NCBI RefSeq assembly: GCF_006345805.1
Contig: NC_043006.1
Coordinates: 64,790,001-64,854,000 of the forward strand
Source of the DNA: Octopus sinensis
Lineage: Eukaryota
DNA length: 64,000 nt
Direction of reading: 5' to 3'
The notes below the pieces were generated by a model. It made no database searches. It was not told where the DNA came from and worked only from the letters and a program-made list of their open reading frames with translations. The first letter of the stretch is position 1. Every line of letters starts with the position of its first letter. Positions 26,070-39,189 of this stretch are shown one piece after another. Position numbers and translations under genes: made by a program.

Positions 26070-26252
26070 CATGATTGCGTAAGGTTGTGGTGGTAAGAAC
26101 TTTGCTTCCCAATCACATGATTCCGGGTTCAGTTCCACTGCGTGGCACCTTAAGTCAAATGTCTTCTACTATAGCCTCAGGCCGATGAAAGCCTTGAGAG
26201 TAGATTTGCTAGACGGTAAATGAAAGAAGCCCGTTGTGTGTGTGTGTGTGTG

Positions 26253-26302
<50 letters not shown>

Positions 26303-26500
26303 GTGTGTGTCTTTGTGTTTGTCCACCAGTCCACCACCACTGCTTGACAGCAGGTGCTAGTTTAAGTTCCTGTAACTTAGCGGTTCGGTAAAAGAGAACG
26401 ATAGAAAAAGGACCAGGCTTAAAAGAAAAGTACTGGGGTAGATTCGTTCGACTAAAACTCTTCAATGTGGTGCCCCACAGCAGTCTAACGAATGAAAAAA
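26070..26500 (+). mobile_element. SINE family A, full length with expanded (GT)n
   Basis: Head, (GT)n at ~26235-26305, body. Confidence 0.85.
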
Positions 26501-26539
26501 AAATAAAACATAAAAAAAAGATAGAAAGATAAAGCCATG

Positions 26540-27520
26540 TCTACCACACCATCACTACCACCACCACCACCACCACCACCAAAATGCCGCCACCACATCA
26601 ACGCTACTACCACTACTACCATCATTTCTGCATCAACAACAGTCCATCGCCACCACCACCACCGCTACCACCAAATGCCATCTGCCCCATCAGTAAAACT
26701 TTATCCAACAACCAATTGGCCAATCACTGCATTACTTTGTCTTGTCTCGAGTCCGTTTCACGCTACTACAACAGTCTCTGATTCTTTGACTTTGCCGATT
26801 GTTCTCTTCTTTGAGGTTTCTAGTTGTGCTTCAGCCCTAGGCCAATCCCTAATTAAGCAAACCTACGGATCAAATGGTTTCCAGATATGACCCATCATTT
26901 TGTCTGCTTCCATGATTCAGTTTTTTTTTGCTGTTTCTTTTTTTTTCTTCTTAACATGGGGAAAATGCGATCCGGAGATCTGATTGCTATTTGTAGTAAG
27001 GCAAACAACCACAAAGAGACTCGATCACTTCGTTCATGTTAGTAGTAGTAGCAGTAGTGGTGGTGGTGGTGGTGGAGATGGTGGTGTTGGTGGTGTTGGT
27101 GGTGGTGGTGGTGGTGGTGGTGGTGGAGATGGTGGTTATAGTACGGCTTCCACTGTATACCCCTCCACCTGCTACTCTAATCACAATTTCTACAATGCCA
27201 CCACTACTCCACCTATTGCTCCCATACCACGCATACACCACTCCATCTCCATCCACTACCACCACCACTGTCATCACTATCACACTGACCTCCGTCGCCG
27301 CTACCACCACTACCACTGTAGGCGCCGCCGCTACCATCATTACCGCCGTCGCCGCCGCTACCACCGCAGCCGCAGCCCCAGCCGCTGCCGCCGCCACCAA
27401 CACCACCACCACCACACCGCTGCCGCCACTATCACACCACTGCCGTGCCATCACTTCCATCATCGCCGCCGCCATCACCATCACCACTACCACCACCACG
27501 CCAACTCTTACTCCTACTGC
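26540..27520. repeat. Low-complexity (CAC/CAT/GGT/CCG)n tracts (26540-26670 and 27020-27520)
   Basis: Directly visible; source of the poly-H/T/V ORFs. Confidence 0.85.
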
Positions 27521-27639
27521 TACTCTCACACACTGTGACCTCCATCGACAGTCTTCAAGATCGGAGTTGATATGAGACAACTCAAGTCGCACTAATATTC
27601 TATTGTGTAGATTAGCAAAGTCGGTTGAGCATCGGATAA

Positions 27640-27810
27640 ATTACAACATTTTTTTTTCGTTTGTCTCTTTACCTTCTGAGTTCAAATCGTGTCGACGGTG
27701 GATTTACCTTACATATTTCCGGGGTCGATAAATATAAAGTAACTCTCAAATATTGGCGGATGGTAGTTAATTGCCCCAAATTTGAAAACTTATGTCTATA
27801 GTAGGAATCA
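27640..27810 (+). mobile_element. SINE family C, diverged
   Basis: TTCTGAGTTCAAATCG..GGGGTCGATAAA. Confidence 0.65.
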
Positions 27811-27859
27811 TATTGTTGTGTTTGATTGGTAGTAGTAGTAGTAGTAGTAGTAGTCCTTT

Positions 27860-28070
27860 CTACTATAGGCTGAAGACCTGAAAATTGTGGGCAAGGGTGG
27901 GGCTAGTCGATTACATCGACCCCTGTGCGTAACTGGTACTTATTTCATCGACCCCGAAAGGATGAAAGGCAAAGTCAACCTCGGCGGAGTTTGAACTCAG
28001 ACCATAATGACGGACGAAATGCCGCTAAGCATTTTGTCCGGCGTGCTAACGATTCTGCTAACTTGCCGCC
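27860..28070 (-). mobile_element. SINE family C
   Basis: ATCGACCCCGAAAGGATGAAAGGCAAAGTCAACCTCGGCGG. Confidence 0.85.
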
Positions 28071-28094
28071 TTACTATAATAATGATAATAATAT

Positions 28095-28572
28095 ACTACA
28101 GATTTGCTTGTCAGTTGTTGGTATATAAGATGGGCTACAGCAAATATTCTGTTCAATACCACAGATTTGCTTGTCAGTTGTTTGACCGTAACCAGTTGAC
28201 CATGTTCCTTAGTGGCTGACGATATGTGCATCATAGCCGTGTGTTGAAAGGAATTTTTAGAGGTTTGGATAATTCACCTTTGGAAACATGGGTGGCTCGT
28301 TCAACATCATTAAACAATCCTTATTCAGGGACCGTTTGAGCGGGATGGGATACTCAACCAGAAGAAAATTTTCACTGGGCTCTACCTGCGAGCTCATGCG
28401 CTGTTTATCTTGATATGAGATCACCATGTCGTGCACATATGGTTGTGATACATGTGCCTAGAGTACCCTTATCAGACGGGTAGTCATGATGGGTATAGTG
28501 GGCTTCGTGTATTTTATCCCAGTGTCACTTTGATGGCATGCTCACTCAATAATAATAATAATAATGATGATG

Positions 28573-28627
<55 letters not shown>

Positions 28628-28658
28628 CAACAACAACAATAACAATAATAATAATAAT
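28095..28658 (+). mobile_element. Interspersed retroposon-like repeat with long (AAT)n tail
   Basis: ~450 bp body resembling an abundant octopus repeat (from memory, not verified); (AAT/AAC)n tail at 28549-28658. Confidence 0.55.
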
Positions 28659-28661
28659 CCT

Positions 28662-28870
28662 CTCTACTATAGGCACAACACCTGGATTTTTGTGTGTGGG
28701 GGGGGGAACAATCGATCACATTGACCCCAGTACGTAACTGGTACTTAATTTATTGACCCAAAAGGATGAAAGCAAAGTCGATCGCGGCAGAATTTGAACT
28801 CACAATGTAACGCAGACGAAATACCGCTAAGCATTTCGCCCGGCGTGCTAACGTTTCTGCCAGCTCGCCA
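28662..28870 (-). mobile_element. SINE family C
   Basis: Same motifs; head ends ..CTGCCAGCTCGCC. Confidence 0.85.
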
Positions 28871-28954
28871 AATACCGTTTGAACTGACCATGTGCCTCTG
28901 GCTTCAATCCTCCGTTTAATAGAGATCTTCTCAGCATCACAGTTGATGTGGAAT

Positions 28955-29018
28955 CTGTCTGTGTGTGTGTGTGTGTGGTGTGTGGTGTGTGTGTGGTGTG
29001 GTGTGTGTGTGTGTGTGT

Positions 29019-29094
<76 letters not shown>

Positions 29095-29105
29095 CGTGTG
29101 TGTGT
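28955..29105. repeat. (GT)n microsatellite
   Basis: Directly visible. Confidence 0.95.
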
Positions 29106-29769
29106 TAAACTCGGGAAGTCTGCTACAGAAACATTGAAAATACTACGGCAAGCTTACGGCGACGAGGCAATGGGTCGTATACAACGTTTGAAGTGACACG
29201 AGCGTTTCAAGAAGCGGAAGAACGTTTCTGGAAAGCGATGAGCGATCTGGAAGAACTGCCACGAGCGTCAACCCCGTAAATGCATCGAGAATTCGTTCCC
29301 CATGGTCAGACCGCCAATCGGGAGTTCTACTGCGACGTTTCGAAGCGTTTGAGGGAAAACATTTGGCGAAAGCGACCAAATCTGTGGAAGGCGAAGAATT
29401 GGACTCTTTACGACCACAGTGCACCCTGCCACCGTGTGTTTCTCGCCGAAAACAACATGGCATTGCTTCCGCACCCGCCCTATTCACCAGATTAAGCACC
29501 TGAAGACTTCCATCTCTTTCCCAAGATTGAAATGTAGTTCAAAGGTCACCTTTCAACACCGTTGTTGAGATCCAGAGTGAATCACAGAAGGTCCTCAACT
29601 TGCCTACGGAAAACGACTTCCAGGCCGGATTCCAAAAGTGACAAGAACGTTGAGGCTGGTGTATTACTGCGCAAGGGGACTATTTCAAAGGAGATGATGT
29701 TAAAACTTGGGTATATAAATTATTTTATATGAAAATTAACGAGACTTGGAACTTTTTGATACCACCTCA
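29100..29769 (+). mobile_element. Mariner transposase remnant with internal deletion and 3' TIR
   Basis: CVKLGKSATETLKILRQAYGDEAM (HTH) joined to HREFVPHGQTANREFY..PHPPYSPD(L)AP..GDYFKGD; ends GAACTTTTTGATACCACCTCA then TA. Confidence 0.9.
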
Positions 29770-30044
29770 TATATATATGGGGGGGGGGTGCGCGCCCGCG
29801 TGCATGTATTCCTACCATGCAGGAATTTTGAAAGGTCCAAAGCAGCTGCGGTGGGGGAGAAGCACCAAAGAAGGAAAGACTCATCGTCACGACCATCATT
29901 TGGCCAAGCCGTGTATGTCTACCCTAAGTGTGCCAGAGCCTCTTGCTTAAGGATCGGTTTACATAGACACTTAAGGACCGGTCACTCTTCCTCATCATCT
30001 GCGGACATGAAGAACTGCAATCATCATCATCATCATCATCATCA

Positions 30045-30411
30045 TCTATGTATGCATGCATATTTTATGTATGTATGTATGCATGTATGTATGTATGCCT
30101 CTATGTATGTATATATATACTTGCATGTATGTATGTATGTATGTATGTATGTATGTATGTATGTATGTACGTATGTATGTATGTATTATGCTTGCATGCA
30201 TGCATGCATGTATGTACTTATGTATGCATGCATCTATATATGTATGTATTTATACATCTATGTATGTGTGTATACAGTTATAAATGCCTGTATGTATGTA
30301 CGCACGGACGCACGCACGTACGTATGTGTGTATGTATGCATGCATCTATGTATGTATGTAGGCGTGTATGTATGTATGTATTATGTATGTATGTATGTAT
30401 GTATGTATGTA

Positions 30412-30444
<33 letters not shown>

Positions 30445-30770
30445 ATGTATTATGTATGTATGTACGTATGTATGTATGTATGCTTGCATGCATGCATGCA
30501 TGTATGTACTTATGTATGCATGCATCTATATATGTATGTATTTATACATCTATGTATGTGTGTATACAGTTATAAATGCCTGTATGTATGTACGCACGGA
30601 CGCACGCACGTACGTATGTGTGTATGTATGCATGCATCTATGTATGTATGTAGGCGTGTATGTATGTATGTATGTATGTATGTATGTTGTATGTATGTAT
30701 GTGTGTGTGTGTGTATGTATGTATGTTGTATGTATGTATGTATGTATGTATGTATGTATGTATGTATGAA
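30045..30770. repeat. (TATG)n compound microsatellite with internal 292-bp-period duplication
   Basis: 30189-30380 recurs at 30481-30672. Confidence 0.9.
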
Positions 30771-31551
30771 CTGCGCGAGTGTAGAGACAACTGCCGACCT
30801 TCAGTCCCCGCAGACCAATAGTGCTCGATCAGCGGCAGAGCCTTCGGAACTTCTATATGACTGATCGGCCACAGCCGAACACACTGTGTCACGTCTTTTC
30901 TCACGCTATGCTCTTGATCATCGTCGACAACGACGGACGAACGAATAAAAATGTACGGGTCTCCCCCAGTTTGTGCAGTTTGTGTGTTGTGTGTGTGTGT
31001 GTGGTGGGGTATGAGTGCGTCCTTTAGTAAATATAAAACCACGTAGTCTAATCTATTCTTTTAAAGAAATATCAAAACTTATAAAATATGAAACAACGTC
31101 ATAATAGGGGAGAGAGAGGGGGTGGAGGGAGAGAGAGAGAAAGAGAGGGAAAGGAAAGGCGGGAGAGAGGTAGAAGGGTGTGGTAACAGCAAATCATGAA
31201 CAGAGGGAAATATAAAAAGAAACAAGCGTTCATTTGACCTGATCCGATCGTACAGTCCAGATTTGGGGTTGAGCTAGTTTGGTGAACATTGTCTGGGGAA
31301 TCAGTTTGGTTGTCCTACTGTTCCTTTTCTTTCCTCTCGTTGCGTTTCTGATTCTTTTCTTTCTAATTCTTTTTCTTTGTGTGTTTGTATGTTGTGAGGG
31401 TAATGTTCTCACACGAGCAAACCTGTTGAATGTCACTTGGACTGAACAGTAGTGACCAAATTATCTCGGCAACTTCATCGCAAAGCTATGATAATAAACG
31501 CTGACTTGCCATCAAGGCGAGAGACGACAAGAATAGAAAAGATATGAAGAT

Positions 31552-31603
<52 letters not shown>

Positions 31604-32744
31604 AGTAAAGAGGGAAAGAAAGAAACGTGTAAAGGTATAAAGCGGTGGAGAAAGAAACTAAGAAAAAAAGAAAGAAAAGATGGACAGAAGAAAGAGAAAG
31701 CAAAAGAGAAACAGAAAGTAAAGATTAAATGGCCGAAGGTGGAGGGATGAGAAGAGACAAAGACAGATAAGGAAAGATGGAGGAATCAAATATCGTTGTC
31801 TTAAAAGAGGCGTTCTAACGATGTCACGTGACAGGATTTGGTCGTCTGAATTTCATTGCCGTTGTTCTATCATAACGTCTGATTTTCTTCTCTTTCTCTT
31901 TTAGATTAATTCTTTTTATCCTTCTTCCTTACTTTGTTTTTTTTTTTCATTCTGCTTTCTCTCTTTCCATCCTTTTTGCTATCTGAATTTGCTTCACGCT
32001 TTTTTATCTCTTACTTTTTTCTTTCCTTTTTTCAACCCTCCTGTCCTTACTCTATTTTTCTCTTCTTTTATCCCCTCATTCTTTCTCACTGCGTTCACAG
32101 CTTACTTTTGCGCAAAAATATTTTATTTTTTCATCCATCTATCCATCTGTCCGTCCGTCCGTCCGTCCGTCTATCTGTCTGTCTATCTGACTGCCTGTGT
32201 GTCTGTTTCTTTGTCTGTCTGTCATTGTTTTGCGCCAACATCAAAGTACATAAAGCTCTGAATATGAAAAACCCAACTCTGTGTCATACATCTTTCAACT
32301 GTAATTTCACCTAACGGTGGACCACATTGCGTATTTTTGCCATACACACCACTAATTAACCTGAAGTATTTCTCTTAACTCATTTCGATTTAAATTATAA
32401 AAACTACCTTTGGCCATAAATGTGTTGTACGCTTTTTTTTTCTTTTTTGCTACTGGTGATAAGACCGGACAAGTGTCGTGCTGATGACAGTTATAGAGCC
32501 AGGAACACCTGTTAATGATTGTCCTTTCATCTCCAGATAATAAACCCGTCCTTTCCTTTATGATATGTCATCTTTGGATAATTTTTTAATATTGAGATTA
32601 TCTCCCCTTCAAAGATGGGGGTGGGGCTGGTCTTAACTGTTATTTGAAAATTATGACATTCTCTGGAGGCGGAAATAATCTTAATAAATCAAGAACTTAA
32701 GTTGTATGGTATATCTGTATTAAAGATGTGTGATATATCTGTAT

Positions 32745-32880
32745 TTTTTCAAATTCCGCCGAGGTCGACTTTACCTTTCATCCTTTCGGAGTCGATAAAT
32801 TAAGTACCAGTTGCGTACTGAGATCGATCTCATCGACTGCCCCCACCAACTCCCCAAAAATTTCGGACCTTGTGTCTAGA
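32745..32880 (+). mobile_element. SINE family C, 5'-truncated
   Basis: CAAATTCCGCCGAGGTCGACTTTACCTTTCATCCTTTCGG. Confidence 0.8.
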
Positions 32881-33664
32881 GTAGAATAGGATATATTTGT
32901 ATTTGTCCATGTCATTGTTTAATCATAATTGAGCAAATTTATGATGAAAGGTGTGCTAGCCATGACCGTCTTGTCTTTTTAAAAAATATAATGCTTCAGA
33001 GACTTCATTATCCAATGAAACCTTAAACATATTTTTAGGGTGGTGGAATATTGTATGAAGGAATTGCCAAATATTTCTTACCATGACCGGCTCTAGGTTT
33101 TCTGACGCCCCGGACAAGTTGAATTGCGATACCCTTACAAATATGTTATTTGTAGATTTCTACCAGGAGTAAAAGTCGACGTTCTATACAGTGTAAACAT
33201 GAACTTTCCAAATCCCACTGCATTTCACATGACATTTTTTATCTTCCAGAGTTGTCTTGTTATATAAGTGGTCCTAGCTTTTGGGGGAAGTAAATTTCGG
33301 TCATAAAAATTCAGTTCGACTTGTATGCCGGAAAACACTGTATTACAATTTATCAAATAAAGAATAAATGTTTTATTTCATCCGTTGTTTTCATTTCCCA
33401 CTTTTATTTCGAGTTGTCATTTCCGGCCCTGATTCAAGCGATGAAGGGAAATCAAGTCAATGGGAAATGAAGTCATAACTTTGACTAGCAAAAATGTCAG
33501 AGGAAAAACAATGTAACATTTATTTTCATTTAACACCATAAAGGATATTTTGAACATGTAGAACGTAGAAGCATCGAGAAATACATAAATTTATTTTTAT
33601 AAACGATGCATCTCGAATGTGAGTCTAGCTATAAATAATTCATTCTAATTTTGGCGCAGTCTTT

Positions 33665-33985
33665 TATGTTTTACTTGTTTCAGTCATCAGATTGCGGGCA
33701 AGCTGGGGCACCGCCTTGAAGAATTTCAGTCAAACGAAATTACCCCAGTATTTATTTTTTAAAAAACCAGATACCTTTTCTATCGGTTTCTGTTGCTGAA
33801 CCGCGAAGTTATGGGGACATGAACACACCAACACCGACTCCTACGCGGTGGTGGGTGACAGATAGACAGACAGACACGCGCGCGCGTGCACACACACACA
33901 CACACACACACACACAACAGGTGGGATTGAACCCGAAGCCATGTGTTGAAAAGCAAACTTCTTACCACACATCTACGCTTGCGCC
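33665..33985 (-). mobile_element. SINE family A with internal deletion
   Basis: rc body and head separated by (CA)n. Confidence 0.75.
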
Positions 33986-34478
33986 TATACCAGTGATTTT
34001 GAGAATATGGGTCATATCAATTTCATCTCGCTCCCCCCCCCCCCCGCGCTCAACTGATATTTATTTTATCGATCCCGAAAGGTTAACTACAATTGAATCT
34101 GAACTCAGAACATAAAAAAACATTGAAAGAAATACCACAAATCATTTTGTCCGCTAAGCCATTTTGTCCTGATTCCTTTTTTGGGCCATATCCACAGGCA
34201 TTGGCGATCATAGGCTTTCATGACAAAGTTTGAAGATCCAACATTTTTCTTAGGGAAAGTACAACAGTGGTCTCCTATTACCTTTTTTCTGGTTTATTTA
34301 CAGTTTACTCTGCTCGTCTTTTGTTCTTCCGAGCGTCCTCTTGAGGCAAAGGGCTTATTTAACGCTTAAACAGGGTGACTGGTTCACGTGATTTTAGGGC
34401 TTGTCTACAAATAGGTGGGCCTGCGTGAAACATGTCTATAAGCTAGACTTCCTCCGAGTTCTGCATTAGCCACAAGTC

Positions 34479-34645
34479 CAGTGGCATAGCTAGAGTATGT
34501 GCTACCCGGGACAGCCCTTGAGTTTGACATCACCCCCAGACCCCAAGCTTACACATGCTTATATATTAGACCCATAAGTGTCGCCTCCATAAAAACGTCA
34601 GCCGTAGCAGACTACCCCCTTGCTCCCAGCGTAGTTACGCTACTG
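34479..34645. mobile_element. hAT-like MITE
   Basis: TIRs CAGTGGCATAGCTAG / GTAGTTACGCTACTG; 8-bp flanks CACAAGTC vs CCCAAGTT (6/8). Confidence 0.65.
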
Positions 34646-35592
34646 CCCAAGTTAATCTTTTGCTATTTAACTCATAACTGTCGTTTGATAGGTACTAATC
34701 CATGCCCCACGGGCTAGTATGGGCCAAAGAGTAGTAGTGACTAATAAGCAACTCCATACTCTCTCCAAACACTCCTCAGCTTCCGGGCTGGAGCTTCACT
34801 ACCGGGTGCAGTTTAACGTCTTGTCCGAGCTACTAAAATTTTTCTTTTTTTTTTTAATAAAACGTTCTTAATAAAACAATGCAAGTCAATTGTTTGTAGT
34901 TTTATCTTCTATTTCAATATTTCAGTGTTAGGATCCCTTCTTCAAAAAACCTTCGAAGAAAAGGTGTTGTGAACTGAATTTTCTCTTCTGTAGTGTGTAT
35001 GTGTGTAAGAAAGGTTGCTTTGCGTCGCTATAATTTCCAATCAGCTTTAATAATTAATAATTGAAATTTCTTTTCTCTGAGTCGAAAGATTGTACCCAAA
35101 ACGTCAGACTTCTCTTCTTCCTCATAACATAAAATTTAATCTACTGTTTGAATTGTCTTCTTTTTAACAAAACAGAACACTATTAATTTCGTCAGATTCT
35201 GCTATCTCAACCATAACTTAGTTTTAAAAGATTGTAGGGTCGAGAAATATGGATGTTCCAGTGAGAGCTCAGAAATGATTAGATGGTTGTCAACGTCATT
35301 TCAACATCTAACACTACAATAAACTTATGGGACTCTACCACGCATCCCACACCCATTGAAGTAATGTAGAATACAGTTTGATGGGTTGGGACGATTGGGC
35401 GCAGTTGTTTTGACGCTAACGATTTGGCACGGGTGAGTGGACATTCAGCGTGTTTTGGCGACAGTACGTTTTGGCATTGGAGGAAAACACGCACAAACAC
35501 GCGCTCGCGCACGCAGAAATATATACATACACCGAGAGGGGGAGGGGGAGAGATAATAATTCATTAATTGAACACAGAGAGAAATAGGCTTA

Positions 35593-35722
35593 TATACATA
35601 CATACATAATACATACATACATACATACATAATATATACATACATACATACATACATACATACATACATACATACATACATACATACATACATACATACA
35701 TACATACATACATACATACATA
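35593..35722. repeat. (TACA)n microsatellite
   Basis: Directly visible. Confidence 0.95.
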
Positions 35723-36306
35723 GAGCAAGACAGAGAGAGAGAGTGTGTGTGAAAAAGAGTGAGAAAGAGTGAGTGAGTGAGTGAGTGTGTGAGGGAGAGG
35801 GAGGCTAAGAACAAAAGAAACATTAAAACGTCTGATGTCAAGTAAGTCAACGTCGAATCAGTAACGCTAAAACGGCTATGGTAAAACATCTCATCGGTAC
35901 CGCATTGAAAATGAGCTATCGTCGCCATTTGTCCTTTGGAAATCTTGATCAGCTAGAGGGGAAATTCGCAAGCTCTGTGATGTCATTGCCAGAGAATTAG
36001 ATGTGATAATGCAAGATTGTGAGTTCTAAAGAAGAGTTGTGAGGTCTGTCTTGGTTAGTTCTCACCAAACAGAGATTTTGGTTGCTATTTCTAGTAGGTT
36101 GAGTGCCTGCAGGGAGGTTGTCTTGTTGGTTTGTCATTCACTGACGTAATTTGTGAACGAATATGCGTGAGTGTAAGAAATGAAGAGAGAGAAAAAACAG
36201 AGAAGAGGAAAGACAGACAGACAAATAGACAGACAGTCAGACTAACAGACAGGCAGATAGAGTACACATTGATGCGTATGTTATGCACGGTTATCCAATG
36301 AGTACG

Positions 36307-36380
<74 letters not shown>

Positions 36381-37683
36381 CGCGTGTATGTGCACGTATG
36401 CGACAATGTATACATGTTCAGAAATACCATGTTGTGACATCACATAATCTGACTTGGTTAACCAAAATGTGAGATATCACCTCAAAGTCATGGTGCCGAT
36501 CTTTCGCCTTGACTTGCAGTACTGTGATTGTTAAAGATACCGTCATGGTTTTAACAGAAAGTTAATTATAAATAACTAAATTAATAAATAAACTATATGG
36601 ATCACTAGGGATACTTGAGCCTTTTCATTCGCAGGGTCTTCCTCATATTCAAAAACACAAAAACTGCTTTATAACCTACAAAGCCTGACTACAAATGATA
36701 AGCAAAGAGGCAACATCTATGTGGTAATTCAACCAGCTAGGAACATCGACACGCGAAAGTCATATCGCCTTCTAATCACACCCTACGGTCTGGATAAATG
36801 CAAGAGGAAGACGTGTTAGATAAGGAAGTTTTTTTACATACATCCTCTCAAAAAGCTCTAGCATGTGAACAGCTGGAAACACCTTCGATCGTAGACCTGT
36901 ACGATCAAGCATGATCTGGGTTAAGCAACGTCAACGTTTAAAAGAAAATTGGGAGTCGGTATTGCAAGGGAAATGGCACAAGCAAATCCAAACGTGCATT
37001 ATTCAATGATTCAACAATGTTCATAATTGCGGTGTATCAGTTGGAAAGTATACAAACTCGTTCATTTCTCCGCTTATTTGAAGTTTGAGTTTGCATTCAT
37101 TGATCGTCTGCACCTTCCATTTACCTATCTTCTGCATTCTTCATTTTCGTGTCGTCTTTTGCGCCACCTGTCGGTTGTCTGACCTTTTCCACGTTGGTCC
37201 ATATTGTTGACTGACAGAAACTGTTCACGTTTGAATAACAATTATGCTGAGATCCGTGGGAGAGAAAACAGGTGAATTCCTATTTCTTTTCTCAACACAT
37301 GCTTTTCTATCTTTCTCGTACACACCAGTGTATATGTATGTATGTATGTATGTATGTATGATTGCATGCGTGATATGTATGTGCATTTTCCAATGTTTAG
37401 CTGAATTCAGTAAAGGATAATTCCTACTTATTATTCATCCTTACTAATCACGATAGGAATATTACTTGCGTAAATCTCTATCTCCCTCTTTCTCTCATTG
37501 TTTCTTTCTCTGGGTCTGTCTGTCTGTCTGCCCTCCCTCTCTCTCTCTCTTTCTCACGCTATTACACACACGCACGCACATACATATGTACAATGTGTAC
37601 AATGCTTACTGATGTGTATATATCTGCGTGTATGTGTGTGTGCCTATGTTTTGCGTACGTATGTATGCATGTACACACGCACA

Positions 37684-37762
<79 letters not shown>

Positions 37763-37877
37763 TGGATGTCATGAGTGTATATGCAAATGCATACATACAT
37801 ACATGCATACATACATATCGACACACACACACATATGTATGTATGTATGTATGTATCTATATCTATCTATCTATCTA

Positions 37878-37919
<42 letters not shown>

Positions 37920-38776
37920 CGAAGATAGACAGATGGTAATTGTTCAGTTTGGTTTTATTAAAAAAGTAAATAAAAATTAAGGGGGAAATAAGTAGTAAAA
38001 GACGCAAAGGAACAAACCAATCTTAGAGAAATCGTGGACTATCATTCAATTAGGAAAAGCTGGAGACAACATTCTTCAGTGGTTGGCACAGCGTCGAATA
38101 CTAATGAATATGTACACCTGTGAAAAATTGTAATTCACCCTGTGGCCTTACCACACGTGGTGACGTTTCTGATGGAAAATTATGGCACTGCAAACGTTGG
38201 AAAAGGAGCAAATCTGTTCGTTACCGTTCATTTTTTGAGAGAAGTCATATTTCACCAGTGTTGAACAATTACCTAGATGGATGGGTGGACGGGCGGACGG
38301 ACGGACGGGCGGAACGAATTATTTACTGATGAAGTAGACTCCAATCAATCTATTTATTGTAGATTCATTCACAGTTTCTTCTGAAGTCATGTCTGGTTAA
38401 TACAAACAGAGATTCTGTTATGGCAACTATAAACGGTAGGAGAGGTGTTGGAGTTTTTATGCAATGGTAATAAAAATTATCATTAAAGTGTAACTATCTT
38501 CAAAGGCAAAATACACAAACGGGTAGGACTAATGAAAACTGACACGATATAGTTTAAATAATCTCATCAAAAGAAAATAAAGATTGGTTTGTTTATGTGG
38601 TTCAGGTTATTGTTGTTGAAATTAGTTTTATAAAAAGTTTCGAGGCTGTGCCTTGTCGTATCGGTTAAACTGGACGTTTGCGAATACAATGCTTTATCCA
38701 CGGATTAGAGGTGATCTGATCGATTCCTTTTCATCCTTCAGTTTGGAACCTTGTGCTTTTATCAGAAACCACAATT

Positions 38777-38923
38777 CGGTAGCACAGCTAGTGGAGGGTG
38801 GGTAGGGGATCCACCCTGGGCGTCGCTTTTAAGGATGCAACCCCTTTCTGTCGGCTGTATAAGTCTGTTTAAGCTGTGGAGACAGCAAACTCAAGGGTGG
38901 CACACACTCTAGCTACGCCACTT
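38777..38923. mobile_element. hAT-like MITE
   Basis: TIRs CGGTAGCACAGCTAG / CTAGCTACGCCACTT; 8-bp TSD CCACAATT vs CCATAATT (7/8). Confidence 0.7.
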
Positions 38924-39189
38924 CCATAATTATTATTAAAGGGCAATGGTTTGGTAAAATCGGTAGAGTGGTAGACGTAATAATAGTCTCTTTATGTTCT
39001 GAATTCAAGCACCAACAAGCTTTTGAGAACTGTAAAATAAACGCCAATCGATCTAATCAACTCTTATCAGTTCTAGATTTTTCTCCTTTAGGGTTGATTC
39101 TGAATCCCAATGTAGATTTCGGGCAGGGAGCAGCACATTCCACATGATTTTTACCCTGCAGCAAGTTCAAGAAAAAAAACCCCCCAAAA

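Noticed and set aside
26984-27592. His/Thr/Val/Gly-rich ORFs
   Set aside because: Trinucleotide repeats open in several frames; no domain or splice context
29746-30864. 372-aa ORF
   Set aside because: Mostly (TATG)n translation (MYVC repeats)
30921-30933. 13-nt minus-strand resemblance to miR-981 (recalled sequence)
   Set aside because: First base and 3' half mismatch; no precursor hairpin seen
33081-33340. Strong minus-strand donor ATG|GTAAGA suggesting an exon
   Set aside because: The adjacent sequence is a MITE terminus resembling 23189-23348 plus pogo-like TIR fragments
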